DNA of 64,000 nt from Lingula anatina. Lineage: Eukaryota > Animalia > Brachiopoda. Under the pieces are notes generated by a model. That model did no database searches, was not told the origin of the DNA, and saw only the letters and a list, made by a program, of their open reading frames with translations. This document shows positions 1 to 13,680 of this stretch, one piece after another. A program made the position numbers and the translations under genes. Each line of letters begins with the position of its first letter. Position 1 is the first letter of the stretch. The stretch spans positions 15,500,001 to 15,564,000 of the forward strand of contig CM120642.1 in assembly GCA_051362555.1 (NCBI GenBank), read 5' to 3'.

Positions 1-244
1 TGTTGCCTCATCTTTTTGGCCTAATTATAATGATAGACTTGGACTAAGACGCTCATTTTGGAACAGAATATTAGTTGACAGCGTATTAGGTTTTATTTAA
101 TGGATATAATGACGCTAAAATTATTACATTATTTTTAATGTGGATTTGTCATTAGTGATGTTTATTTAGTATAGACTAAAGTTACTGCAACAGTAAACTG
201 TAAAAACAAAATACTTAATTTTTTTTTTTTTTTTTCTATTTTAG

Positions 245-308
245 CCTGAATTTCCCACCAGTCAGAAATCCTAAGTCCACTGCAGCAGGGCAATTCCACT
301 TTCCGTAA
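245..308 (+). CDS. Probable terminal coding exon of an upstream gene (..LNFPPVRNPKSTAAGQFHFP*), followed by a long AT-rich 3' UTR to about 2800
   Basis: Long poly-T tract and TTTTAG acceptor ending at 244; one frame is open to TAA at 306-308; AATAAA at ~2788. The peptide is not recognised. Confidence 0.4.
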
Positions 309-650
309 CAACATAAAAGGCAGATAATTTTGATTACTTATTTCTCAAACTCTGTTAACATCAAAGTGGTCAAAATAGAAAAAAAAATTGAACCCAAAAA
401 TATATTTCTTTTTTTACTGACATCCAGCTGATCATACGGTTACATCTGAATAAGATTAAGACAAAAACTTACAAGTTTTATGGTTCTCACAACGTTTGTT
501 ATGTATTTTAGACCACTAAAACATTTTATTAAATAATAATCACTGTTTTTACAGAATGGCTTTAGTAAGTTCAAATTGGTGTTAACATTGTCTAAAATGT
601 TTTTTTTACTAGTAACAAAAAGTAATTACTTTGGAAAAAATATTTAATAT

Positions 651-651
<1 letters not shown>

Positions 652-698
<47 letters not shown>
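652..698. repeat. Poly-C homopolymer (~47 nt; G-run on the minus strand)
   Basis: Read directly; it explains the spurious poly-Gly ORF 592..783. Confidence 0.95.
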
Positions 699-699
<1 letters not shown>

Positions 700-2901
700 A
701 CGTCTGATGAATTGTTTGAGAAACAAGTTATTAAGAAACACCTGCCCAACAGGGAATTTTCTTTGTACTAAATGTACTTTCACATAAACTTAGTCCCTTT
801 GCCCCACTGCAATTTTTTCAGTGGAATTTTATATAAATATATATGTACAATATTTTGTAGAGGTACCCTAGTCTTATAACCCCTCTAGTGACTTTCTCAG
901 CAGAATCTAATCATAGAAAATGTAGCCTTTTCACAGTCACCAAACAGGGCTCATTTATCTCAGATATTGTTTACATATTCTAAACCCCTCTTTAATGGTG
1001 AGAAAAGAAAGGGCAAGCTCTATGATGCTATCATTTTCCAACCAGTAGCATTGCAGTATTATAATCATCTGGGTATTTAAAACAGGGATTATATGTATAG
1101 ACAAAGTGCTAAGATACTAATGAAAGGTTGCTATATAATAAAGTCTTCATGGGACAAGTCCCAGATGTTCTTGTTTAGTGACTTTCTCTTCAGAGCCTAA
1201 CCTTGGTTTAATTTATGTTAAGCTGAGTGACTTAGGGTGTGCTCAGCTTCATAATTTTACTTAAACTGGTTTAAGTCCTGATGACATCACTAGATAGCAG
1301 GCAATCGATGCCAGATTGAGTTCTGTGGTGTGGTTTGCAATTTAACACCAAAGTAATGAATTAAGTGCATTATTTTAAACAATAGTCTTTAGTTATTAAA
1401 ACACATTGATTGTTTTGAGCTGCCTTAAGCACTTGAGCCTTGGGATATTTAACTTTGATGGAACAGAGTAAATACTGCTTATATGCTTTTATATTGATTC
1501 AGAAGTAAGATTATTTATAAAGGATTATGAATGACGTTGGTTCATGAATTTGATAGTTCAACTGAGAAAATGAAGACTTCTGTAACATATTTATTCCAAT
1601 TGTGGATTTATTTTGAACTCTGAAAAAAGTACCTAATGTATCAGGTTATTATATAAATTCACTGAGAACATTATTTTCAAATTGAAATTTTTAAAATTTT
1701 CTCTTTATTAATTTTTTTCGTTTAATGATTGATATATTTTTCTCTAGTTGCACACTTAATTATCATTACTACTTTTGAAATGATACAGTATAATTAACTA
1801 ATTTTGGAGCTAAAAACCCTCTCTTTCAATGATATTTGCAGAGAAAATGTGTTATGTGTTAGCATTCTTTTTTGTCTCACATGTGATACCAAATTTAATG
1901 CTGTTCATAAATTTTTATTTACAAGAATAATCATATGTTATAACAAATTAACAGCAAACAACACATATTATTTTATCAACCAGAAACAAATTGCAGTATT
2001 TCATTTCAAATTTCAAATATTGCTCATATTAACTTTATATGCTTTTAAAATGATAAGAAATTGAATAACACACAGGCATGCCTTTAACATATTACACTGT
2101 ACCACTGTAATGGTCTTTACCAGGAACTGTAAATGTTTATGGATTAAAAAGAAATGCAGTGTAGCCAAAATGTACCTCAGCAAAAAAAAAAAAAAAAAAG
2201 GAATTATGATGTCACTCGTGTTACAGAAAGTATCTTACCATTATAGTGTATCCACAGCAAAATGTTTTGACTACATTCTGTAATTTCAGGGTATGATCAT
2301 AATAAAGCTTTACTTTATTTTCCATTATTCTTCTACATAGTAATGAGTTAACAAATATGTTGATTGCATTTATGTCACGGAATGGATTTTAGAAATGTCA
2401 CAGGTTTAGGTAGATGTTTATGTGATTTGGTATTTATGTTATCTGTGATAACTGTTATGTATTTGCTCAAGCTGTTTTAAAAGGAAGGCAGAAAATTTGG
2501 TATTAAATTGCATTAAAATTGTTACTGTGCTTATTTTCAATGGTCATACTTTTACTATAACGTTAACCTATTTTTCACAAGAAAAATGCAAACTTTTTCC
2601 ATTGTAATTTTACTAGATGTGCAAGCTATTTTTACGAATGTTGTAATCTGATGATGAATTTTTATCTCAAGTAACAAAATTTTTGTAATGAAAAAACAAG
2701 GTACTAGATGTTTTATACAGTTTCTGTCTCTATATTTTAATTCTATGAAGTGTATTTTCTATCCTGTAAACTATTTTGATACCTGTAAATAAAATGTCAA
2801 TAATACAAAGATGAAAAGTGTTTTTGAATAATTTTAGTAAAAGTCTTTTGTTAATTGTAAGTTTCATATAATTTTTCCCCTAAGTTCAACTCAAACATTT
2901 T

Positions 2902-3888
2902 TATGTACAGACACAGATGCTTGTCACGTTTTCTGAATGTCCATGTTACTAATATTCTATTATAAAAAATTGATGGTCATTATGCTGTTAAGCATTATGT
3001 AATGTTGCATCAAAATAGAAGAAAATTTTTGGTGCTGCTGCCATGATGACCATTATGGGAAAACCGTGTTATGACTGTCAAACCTTAAAAAAAGAAACAC
3101 AGGACTAAAATGCAGAATGAGTTGGAAAAGCAGTCTAATTGGCTTCTTTTTCTGGAAGTTATACATTTGAGTGAAATATTCATTTTCTTTTTGGCATATT
3201 CATTGTGGGACTCGGAGCTCCCATGGACATGAAGACGAATGGTAATCAAATTTTCTACATGTCCATGCTATTTATAATTAATCAAAAATTAGTGATAATT
3301 ATTCTATAATTTTTTATGTAATGTTACATCAAAATTGACAACAATATTTTTGCATTGCTACTGCATACATTATGAAAAGAAAACTGTGTTACTTATTATT
3401 ATTTTTAACTTACAAGTATGATTTTTAGGATTGACATGCAGTTCAAATTGGAAAGCCAGGTCAATTGGGTTATCATTTATTATTGAATTTATGCAATATT
3501 GTGTGAAATTTTCATTTTTCCCATTCTGGCACTTTCAAAGTATAAACTTGAACTCTGATGGGCCTGAAGACTTATGCTTTTACTTTCATCATTGTTACCT
3601 GTTGTGCATAAATAAAATTAGATGTAGACTGTGCAGTAAAACATAATGTATTATTGCATCAGAATTGGTAGTCTCCTATTTTGTGCATTATTGTTTTGCG
3701 CTTTTCTTAAGATGTGACTTATGGGCCTGAAAGACCTTTGAGAGGGTCAGTCTGTTAATATCCCTTGGGTATCACTTAGCTAATGACTTTTAACTCCCAT
3801 CCGCTCAAGGCTCTGCACATTTTCTGTATTTTTTGCATCCTTATTTTCTGTTTTTTGTCTGTACATTTAACAGCTTTGCTGCCTTGTT
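2902..3888 (+). mobile_element. Helentron/HINE-like non-autonomous element, copy A (internally deleted)
   Basis: 5' TATGTACAGACACAGATG at 2902 is the same as at 25485. The 3' end has the inverted subTIR TGTCTGTACAT (3856-3866), a CAGC-TTT-GCTG stem-loop and TTGTT. The body ~2920-3790 is a direct homologue of ~27150-28035. Confidence 0.7.
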
Positions 3889-6800
3889 TTACATAAAACA
3901 AAATAATCAATTTTCTGTCATTTTTAAATGATCAACTAGGAAAATTGTTGACATAGGAAAAATATCAATAGAACAATTTTAAATGTCCAATTTGCTCCAT
4001 TCACAGATTCTGAACATAGTGAATGATTGAATCTGACAAACTGCAATGATGAGTTCCTTTCCATTTTGATACTTTATTACACAATGCACGATAACAGGTT
4101 TACCGTCATTTTTATACAATCAACTAACAATATTGTTAAGAAGCAGAAAATGACAAAAAAACACTTTTACATATCTAATTAGTTCCATTATGAGACTGTC
4201 AACATGCCTAAGAATTAAATCTGAAGAAAAAACACTTAAATACAAAAAGGCTAATAACTTCATCAAAACTTAACTGATCAAGCTTATTTTCAAACTTGAT
4301 CTGTATACTAGTTAGACTAATCACTCCTGTGAGCTGCAAGACAAATGGCTGCTTGGTTTTCCTTAAAATGTGTTGTCAGTGTTGCATATATGCTGAATAA
4401 GGAAAAAAAAACAGGATAACATTTGTAAAAATAGTCCAATCAAGCCAAATTTCCAACTTGACCTTCGTATTATGAATATTCATCAGTTCTATAAGTTTCA
4501 ATCCAAAAGGAAAAAAATTAACACTTATCTTATTATCCATGTTATAAAAATGCTGAAAAATTTGAAAAAAAAAAAAAAGAATAATTTCCATAAAAATTGC
4601 CCAATCATGCTGATTTTCAACTTTGACCTGCGTATTATGAATATTCATCAGTTTTGTAAGTTTCAAGCCAAAAGGTAAAATGGTTTTCCACTTATCGTGT
4701 TATCGGCGCTGCATATATGCTGAAAAAAGTTTTTAAAAAACAGCATAACTTCCCTAAAAATGCACATCATAAGTAAGCAATATTAAAGTAAGTTATATTA
4801 TTCAAAATTATATTCTACATAAATTTGATGTGCTTTCCATCATCCTTTTCCTCATGAATAATAAATAGATGAGCAGACCAAAGAGTAAACAAGTGTTTTA
4901 GACAATCTGTTAAAAAATGTCCTTTCCGATACAAAGCATCCAAATTGCCTTTATTTTTATTTAAACTGATATAATCTCTTCAATTGATTGTTAATTTAAC
5001 TTTGAAATACATGAACTTTGGGAAAATATGCAATGGAAGTTCTAGTAGATCCAAAGAAAAGATGCTGACTTGCAAAAATGAATTTTTTTGTTGAGGATAT
5101 ATATAGAAATTTAAAAAGATGCCATTGAAGGAATGTTTTTCTATTATTTTTATGTCATATGCATGATGCTCTAACAGTAATTTGCTCATGTCAAGTGAAA
5201 CATACAGCATTAAAGACAGAATTCTCTCTATTTATAACATTGGCAATGTAAAGGTACTTTGTTTCGGAATGGACAATTTTTAACAAGCATCTCAAACATA
5301 ACAAAAAATATTTAGACCAAAATGACGGCACGGAACTGTTAATTCTAGGTGCTCTATTCCAACTCATTAAAGTCTTGGTATTGTGGCAAGAGTTATTCCC
5401 AAAATTGAAACGTTGCGCAACACTGCAAAATCGTTTCTAAAATCAAAAAATTTATTTATTTACTTAACATCGTCTGGTTTTATGGAAGAAATCGGTGTGA
5501 AAGTAACTACAAAAGAGTAAATCAAGTTTAGAATATAATTTTTATTCAACTATCAAGTTCAATGATGAACAGTTACATACAATTCCAATAGGATTTGCAA
5601 GTACTTAATCATTAATGAATTACTATACGTAAATGCAATGGATTAAAAAACGGTAGTTTTACTGAAAGTTTATATCTTCCATTCCCGTCTTTATCATCTC
5701 ACAACGAAACGCAAATAGCCCAGAAATGTACCAGATAAACAAATTCACCAAAGTAATTCATACAGAAAGAGGCACTGAAGCCAAATTTTGATGGTCAGAG
5801 GTTGGTACCAGATGCTCTCGGGCCGTGGGGAAAACCCCGTCTAAACCCTTCTTGGGGAATGCCAGGCCCGGATAACAGTTTTTACAGCGCCTTACAAGCT
5901 CAAGAATATCGTCCCGTTTTAGACAGCATGGCACGACTGAATAAACTTTCGAGACTACAAACTATTCTCTATATACCGGTATACTATACAAGATAAACAT
6001 ATTGACCAAAGTAATTCATACAGAAAGAGGCACTGAAGCCAACCCGAGACATTTACCAGAGACTTAACACGAAACTAGTTAAAACTTTATCCAGGGGGGC
6101 AAAGCCATAAATTAAGTCGCTCAGTCCTGAAATTTCTAACGATAAAATAAACAGACCATTAACAGATTCATGTAATATGACCATAACTCGGGTATCTCAA
6201 TGATTTAAACTAAACTAAGACATAACTCTGGATAAAATACCTAAAACTATAAAATTTCTAAATTTTCATTTTGCCCTGAAATCGCCACTACCTATATGAT
6301 ACAAGTTGAGAATAAAGCAAGCTTGCTTCGATTTATTTCGCATCTCACATCACTGTTTGACCGTCCATGTAAATTTCAATTTGAATTTGGTTGATCCGGA
6401 GAAAAGGTGCATATATGATGAAGTGGATTTATTTGTCAAGTATAACACTTGAGAAAATCTGAATGTTAGTAATGTGATCTCCATCTTGAGAGATGATGGC
6501 ATCTCTCAAGTAGAGCAGACTGTGCAAAAAATAATGAAATATTTTCACATGTAAAATATTTCATTGCAGATTTTGCACAGGCTATCAATGTAAAATCTCT
6601 TCATGTAAAAGCGTTTACATGAAGTCAGATTTTACAAAGATGTGAGGGTTTATTAGTAAGGTTAGTGTGCAGGTTAAGACCTTCTCAAATGCCTTACTGA
6701 CAAACAACTCCACATCATCAAAAGCACAAATTTCAGAAAAGACTACTGCACTAAGATTGAAACAAAACACAGACGACCATAAGTGGTGGAAATGCGCATG

Positions 6801-8172
6801 TTTTTGTGAGCATAAAACTATCTGCATTTAGAATGTATACAGCAACTGGATATTCAATTAAAATCATTAACATGATGATTATTATTATATCTGAAGAGGT
6901 AGACTTAACACATTTTTATACATAACCACGCCTCATCGTATTCAATTGGAATGCATGGAATTAAGAATCATCATTCAGACCTTCAGCCATTGTAATAAAA
7001 CATCACTTACACTAGTGAAAAACAAAACTTAGTGCAATTACACTCGACAAAAGTTTGTGACCAATGAAACCCAAATATTCTTATTATCCAAAAGCCCCAA
7101 GTCCATTACTTGTTTGTATTCCTATTATACTCAGCATATTGCTTTCCATTTCCATTGCACATTCTCTATATTTGTTTGCAGAACAAGTTGTATCCTTCAA
7201 AACAAAGACTGCTAGGACGTCCAATCGTCAATGAAAAGTGGCTACAGGGGGCTCCTTGCTAGCGCTATGAAGCGTTTCACATCTTGGATATTTGGTCTAC
7301 GGTTGAAGCTGTTTGCCTTCGGGCATCATTTCTGGAAATCCCTTTTCGTAGCCTACAAATGAAATGTAATGTGTTCACTTAAAAGTTATTTCACCTTGAA
7401 ATGTTACATGTTAAAATTGTTGGCTGTCCATGCTACTTTTCTTAAGGAAAGAAAAATAATGATATATGATTGAATTATTTAATAACTAATTTAGACACTT
7501 GGCTATTAGTTAAAGGATGCGATGTTTAGGAATGTGCTGGGCGCTTTTGCCAATTCTGTATATACAGACACTGCTCTAAGTTTATTATTCTGCGAATTTT
7601 AAAGGATACAATCTTTGATCACAGTCCATAATAAGAAACAATACACTAATAATAATATATATAAAAGTTAAGAACTGCTTTTCTTAAAGTTGTCGATCCC
7701 CAAGAACTTACAAACTTATCTAGCAAGAAGATCCCTCGCTCCTGAAGAAGAAGCGTTTCATCTGGTGGTTTGGATGTTGCAATCGACATTTTTGGACACC
7801 TCCACTTTTGGTAGCCTGCAAATTTGATTAATAATTTTAAAATGTAATAAAAGCCAACAATTGCAATACGAAATGTGTTTAAAAAGTTTCACGGGTTTGA
7901 TAAAAAAATAGATATCAAGAGTAATTTTGTCACAAACTCTGAAAAAACTTATAAATTTTGACATGCCACGGGCGACCTTCACACTTGTGACACAATGGAG
8001 TACGGCAAAATTTAGAGTTAACGACGGAAAAGGAACATTGTATTTGCTGTAACAGACCAGGAAAAACATCGATTGGGAGAGTGCTTAGATTCTACAAAAA
8101 GGAAGTGACTGGAGAACAAGATGCATAAAGGAAGGAACGTGTTTTGCTTTCCCAAATAACATGGTTACATGT

Positions 8173-8646
8173 GACGCTTCCCCCAGTGCAGCCACCTCGT
8201 AGACGGACCATGGCAGGACTCGCTGGACGCTTCCCCCAGTGCAGCCACCTCGTAGACGGACCATGGCAGGACTCGCTGGACGCTTCCCCCAGTGCAGCCA
8301 CCTCGTAGACGGACCATGGCAGGACTCGCTGGACGCTTCCCCAGGGCAGCCACCTCGTAGACGGACCATGGCAGGACTCGCTGGACGCTTCCCCCAGTGC
8401 AGCCACCTCGTAGACGGACCATGGCTGGACTCGCTGGACGCTTCCCCCAGTGCAGCCACCTCGTAGACGGACCATGGCAGGACTCGCTGGACGCTTCCCC
8501 AGGGCAGCCACCTCGTAGACGGACCGTGGCAGGACTCGCTGGACGTATCCCCTGTGCAGCCACCTCGTAGACGGACCATGGCAGGACTCGCTGGACGCTT
8601 CCCCCAGTGCAGCCACCTCGTAGACGGACCATGGCAGGACTCGCTG
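8173..8646 (-). repeat. 53-bp GC-rich tandem repeat, 9 copies (six of 53 bp, three of 52 bp)
   Basis: Unit GACGCTTCCCCCAGTGCAGCCACCTCGTAGACGGACCATGGCAGGACTCGCTG counted directly; no stop codon in any minus-strand frame. Confidence 0.95.
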
Positions 8647-8708
8647 GCAACAAAGATTGGTCGAAGTAGCTGAAGTGTAGATGTGGGCCCTCTTCTTGCA
8701 GTCGTGTT

Positions 8709-9620
8709 CTGTAAACAGAAATAAAAACAAGATTAGATTTCTCTCATTTCTTAAACTCCACTTCCAAAAAGAAAAAGATTACATACCTTATGGAGTGCAG
8801 TCGAAGTCCCACCGGTGGCGCTCATCATCTTCTATGTCCTGTAAACAGAAATTAGAAACAAGATTAGATTTCTTTCATTTCTTAAACTCCACTTCCAAAA
8901 AGAAAAAGATTACATACCTTAAGGAGTGCAGTCGAAGTCCCACCGTTGGCGCTCATCATCTTCTATGTCCTGTAAACAGAAATAAGAACGAGATTAGATT
9001 TCTTTCATTTCTTAAACTCTACTTCCAAAAAGAAAAAGATTACATACCTTAAGGAGTGCAGTCGAAGTCCCACCGGTGGTGCTCATCATCTTCTATGTCC
9101 TGTAAACAGAAATAAGAAACAAGATTAGATTTCTTTCATTTCTTAAACTCCACTTCCAAAAAGAAAAAGATTACATACCTTAAGGAGTGCAGTCGAAGTC
9201 CTACCGGTGGCGCTCATCATCTTCTTTGTCCTGTAAACAGAAATAAGAACGAGATTAGAGTTCTTTCATTTCTTAAACTCCACTTCCAAAAAGAAAAAGA
9301 TTACATACCTTATGGAGTGCAGTCGAAGTCCCACCGGTGGCGCTCATCATCTTCTTTGTCCTGTAAACAGAAATAAGAACGAGATTAGAGTTCTTTCATT
9401 TCTTAAACTCTACTTCCAAAAAGAAAAAGATTACATACCTTAAGGAGTGCAGTCGAAGTCCCACCGGTGGTGCTCATCATCTTCTATGTCCTGTAAACAG
9501 AAATAAGAACGAGATTAGATTTCTTTCATTTCTTAAACTCCACTTCCAAAAAGAAAAAGATTACATACCTTAAGGAGTGCAGTCGAAGTCCCACAGGTAG
9601 CGCTCATCATCTTCTTTGTA
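8709..9620 (-). repeat. ~130-bp tandem array of exon(52 nt)+intron(78 nt) cassettes, 7 micro-exons
   Basis: On the minus strand each unit has an AAG|GTATGT donor, a CTAAT branch-like motif and a pyrimidine tract ending TGTTTACAG; seven donors counted. Confidence 0.9.
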
Positions 9621-9974
9621 CTGTAAACAGAAATAAGAACGAACTGTAATAAAAAAAATAAACCTGGAACGCATGCAATAATGCAATGACACTACGACTA
9701 GTCCACGACAGCAAAAAGGTGAAGTATCCTCCGAAGATCCCTGAGCGACGATTCCTCGTGGGGAGAAGCGAAGGTTGTAGCTGGCCAGCTTAGAGAAACG
9801 CCGAATCCAACGTCTAGACGTCTGCGTGTGCAAGGAACAATATGTCGAAGAGCGATGCGTTGACGTAGGATGAGGAAAGATTCGGAGAAATGCGAGTCGA
9901 CTCGCGTGTCCTTTGTGCTTGATACAGGGCGCAGCACACGACGTCCTTCCTGTTGCTCTAGATCTGTCCGCAGT

Positions 9975-10026
9975 TGAGTGAACGCACTTTCAAAATTCCG
10001 CGCTTTTATACCTTTAGTCACGTGGT
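9975..10026 (-). promoter_or_regulatory. Pol II core promoter (E-box CACGTGAC, TATAAAAG at -31, Inr-like TCACTC), left copy
   Basis: Mirror of 16914-16965: TATA at 10003-10010, predicted +1 at 9979, E-box at 10019-10024. Confidence 0.7.
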
Positions 10027-10437
10027 GGCGTTCCTGTTGTCACCACTAGTCAACTTGTTCATAGGGGATGGTCTTTGATAGTGATACGCCAATTTGATTA
10101 TAATATCTTAAAGACATATAAATTTAATTTTATATTTTCTATTTTGTTTTTTTGTTTATCATTTCATTTTATGGTAAGAGTATTAAGTACTAAGCAGTGA
10201 GCTCGAAATGTAACAGACAAAGTAGATGACAATTTCTGAGCAACAAATCCTCTCCCCAAAATTATGATAGGCACGATGTCGGTTATACTGGAAGCTGTGA
10301 ACTTCTCGCCTTCCTTTTTGGCTTCAGGTGACCAGTACTCTTATGTCACTGGCTTGAGTAGAGAAAAAACAGAAAAAAGATAATAAATACGAATAATAAG
10401 ATAAAAAATTTTAAAAATGAATTTTTTCTCATTTGTA

Positions 10438-13400
10438 CGTTTACTTTATCCATTTTAAACCATAGCTGGATTTTACACGTTTTAAGTGTGTGTCCATGAT
10501 AGGACCAGTCAGAGGGTGGCAAGGTGGGGGTCAACAGATTTCAACCAAATTCATAATATTGTTGCATATGTAGGAGATATTAAGATTGAAGGCAACAATC
10601 CCAAAAGAAATCATTGGATATAATTATAATAAGATATTAAATGCTTTGGCCATTTTTGGCTTGATTTTCAGCTTCGGTCAATAAAGCCACTTCATAAGCA
10701 AATATGTCAAAACGATGACTTTTTAAAAATTAATTGAAAATTTACCTATTTAAAGCAGCCATTTGCCATTGAGAATATGTTATCAAATTTCAGTTTAACC
10801 CACAAACCTACGAGCCACGCCCATTTTTATAACCCCACCCCCCAAACTCATTTTTCTACCAAGCAATGTTCAAGCATTCATATCTCTCTTTTTGCAGGGT
10901 TGACAGCCATAAAATTGTACAGGGATCCTAAGCATATATTTTTTTTCATCATACAAAATTTAAAAAGTGTGTTAAACACAACAGAAGATATTGAAAAAGT
11001 GCCTTAAACTTAAGCAATTTTAGCAGAAAACCAAACGGCCGAATCAAGATACCAGTACATTTTGAGATAATACCTTCCAATAATCAAATTCAATCAAAGA
11101 CTCACAACCAGGAATTCAAACTATGCTTTGATAAGGGCAAATCTATCCAATTTTTATAAGTACAAGATGGCTGCCATCAATTCTGTCCCAAAATACAGAT
11201 ACCCTAATTCCTCAAAATAATCAAGAGGCCCATTTTTGCAGGTTTTTTATTTTGAGATCTGTGAAACAGGATTGCTCAAATAATATTCTTTTCAAACAGA
11301 GCCATACAACTTCTGAATAAATTTAAATTATTAGTGACAAGTTATTCATCCCCCCCCCCCCCCCCCCCATTTAATGAGTTATTACTGTGCATATCCAATG
11401 TCATCAGCATTGTGGATCCGATATACCTCGTTTTATCAGTTTTCTCAAGTGCAACACTAATTAATCCACTAGAAATGATTTATATTGCATTTTTCAACCA
11501 TTCTTTTTCCTTTCAAATGATTCATAGGCTTTGTAAGTGCATGTGATATCTTGATATCTATATTCTTTTTCTATAAAGAAAATTAAAACAGAGTCAGCAA
11601 CATACAAAGACAGGAGGAGTACTTTATTTTCATATTATCAATTGGACAGTAAAAGAACAAAGCAGTTACTTTTGACAGGAGTGAAATCAAGTTATGAATC
11701 TCCAAGGTTCCAATATCACGGTCATCTTTTCCATATACTGAACACAACAGTGATGGTTAGTGTTCCACAGATTTTAATCTTATAACTGATTGATCCCCAA
11801 GTTCCTTCTTCTGGTTGAGAGATCCAGGGTCTTCTAAGACAGTAATGATAATTCAGCAATCTTAGAATAAGTGTGGTAACTTGAAGCAACATGCCACTAT
11901 AGTTAAGTGTGACTAAACTGTCAATTGTCAATATTTGTCAATTCAATGGCGCCAATCCTCCTTTCCTACAAAACTGAAAGAGATTGCCAAGCCTAAGATG
12001 CACATTTGTTATGGGGGATTGTCCCAAAGTGGCTCTAAGTCCAATAAAGGTTTGCCAGGATATCTACTACCTGAAGATGGCAGGACAGGCTGTCAAAAGA
12101 AAATGTATTAAACATATTTTATTCTTATGTTAATTGCTGTATAAAAACAATGACTAAATAATATACTGATCAAACATATTGCACAAGTAAAAACAATGAT
12201 TGAAAATGAAATCAAATATGCATGATGTAGCTACCAGAATTTCATGATAGAAAGACAGAGTTGGTGCTCACATCTGCATCTGATGAATTTGCCTGTGCAA
12301 TTTCAGGTGACTCTTCTGTTATTGTCTGTAAGATTGTCCAGGCCAAGGTTCACATCCAGGCCTAGGATGTAAAATCTGAAAAATAAACATAACATCAATA
12401 AATGTTTTACAACAACTAAGGCTTACTGTGTTCAGAATAGAAACTGACGTAGCAGTATCAATCCATCTCAGTGGAGTATCACACTCAGGCTCAGTTGTTG
12501 TAATCAGCTTAATTGTCTGGCACACCCCCTTGCAAAGCAACATGAACAACATAATGGGCTGCAAAGTTTTCCAGATTTTACTAAAGTACTTTTAGTTATA
12601 CAAGTGTTCTGTGTTATTTGTAAGTCTTGAAAATTGAAGCACAGTGTGTTACAAAGTAACATAAAGCTAGTTGGTTAACTTCAACTTCATTGCAAACACA
12701 AATAAATCTGAAACTAAAACATAAAAAACTGGCACAAGTAACATCCCCTAAAATGCCAAAACTTGAAACTGAATGTGTGTTACATACCTTTGATTCTGGG
12801 TAAGAAATTTCTAATGAAGCTATCTACAAGCTCAGTTGTCCTTAACTGTTTGTGTTATGATAACACATGTAACAAAGCCCTAGAATTTAATGCACAAATA
12901 TACTACATAAGTTAGACACACAGTTGATTCTTTTCAGCAGACATATTTACCATGAAATAGAAATCAAGTAAAATTCTATGAATTGAAATATACCAGTACA
13001 TCTTTTAATATTTATATTACTTTAAAATATTCAAACTTATTATTCAAACTGGTATGAGTTTTTAGTGTATCTGATTCTAGTATATGTATGCCACCACTGG
13101 CCAACAACAGGGACCAGGGTAGGTTAGTACTACATATAAAAGACAGTACCTGAAATAGTGACAGAACCGACTTTGTCTGTTTATATATATATATATAACA
13201 TAGCAAGTACATACCAAAATTATATGGATACAACCTGCAAAAAAAAAAAAGTTGTGTGCCTTTTCGAAAAATCTGTACTGGGTATTAAAGATCTTTCCTT
13301 AACCTATCATGCGGCCTACCTAAATAATTCCTTATGATGTACATGATTTTTTAAAAGAATATTCTCATGGACGCGCTCTTTTAAAATATGCGTTTTAACA

Positions 13401-13644
13401 TTGTTATAAGTCTCAGTGCTCACTGGCATCCTTTCTCATCTCTCTGGAGAGCATACAACCAAAGTTGCCGAAAACTAGAGTTTACATGCTAATAGGCCAA
13501 TTGCTCATTATCAGTGCTTCATGGTCGGGCACACAACAGTTCCATTTGTGTGTTTTCTCAGTGAGGTGCTCTCTGACTCGACTCTACCTGTATATACGTT
13601 TACTTTATCCATTTATATATATCCAAAAGTATATCCATATATAT

Positions 13645-13680
<36 letters not shown>

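Larger units (their letters stand above)
3887..10437 (-). repeat. Left arm of a giant inverted duplication
   Basis: Reverse complement of ~16137-23441. Mirrored ORFs in the track: 4980..5210/22120..22350, 5802..5996/21326..21532, 9570..9833/17107..17370, 9698..10021/16919..17242. Confidence 0.97.

Noticed and set aside
8173-9620. Regular repeats as a CRISPR array
   Set aside because: The units are contiguous and near-identical with no unique spacers, the context is eukaryotic and there are no cas genes.
11700-12400. Possible minus-strand exons in the spacer
   Set aside because: Acceptor-like sites exist, but every frame hits stops and no known motif is visible; at most a decayed fragment.
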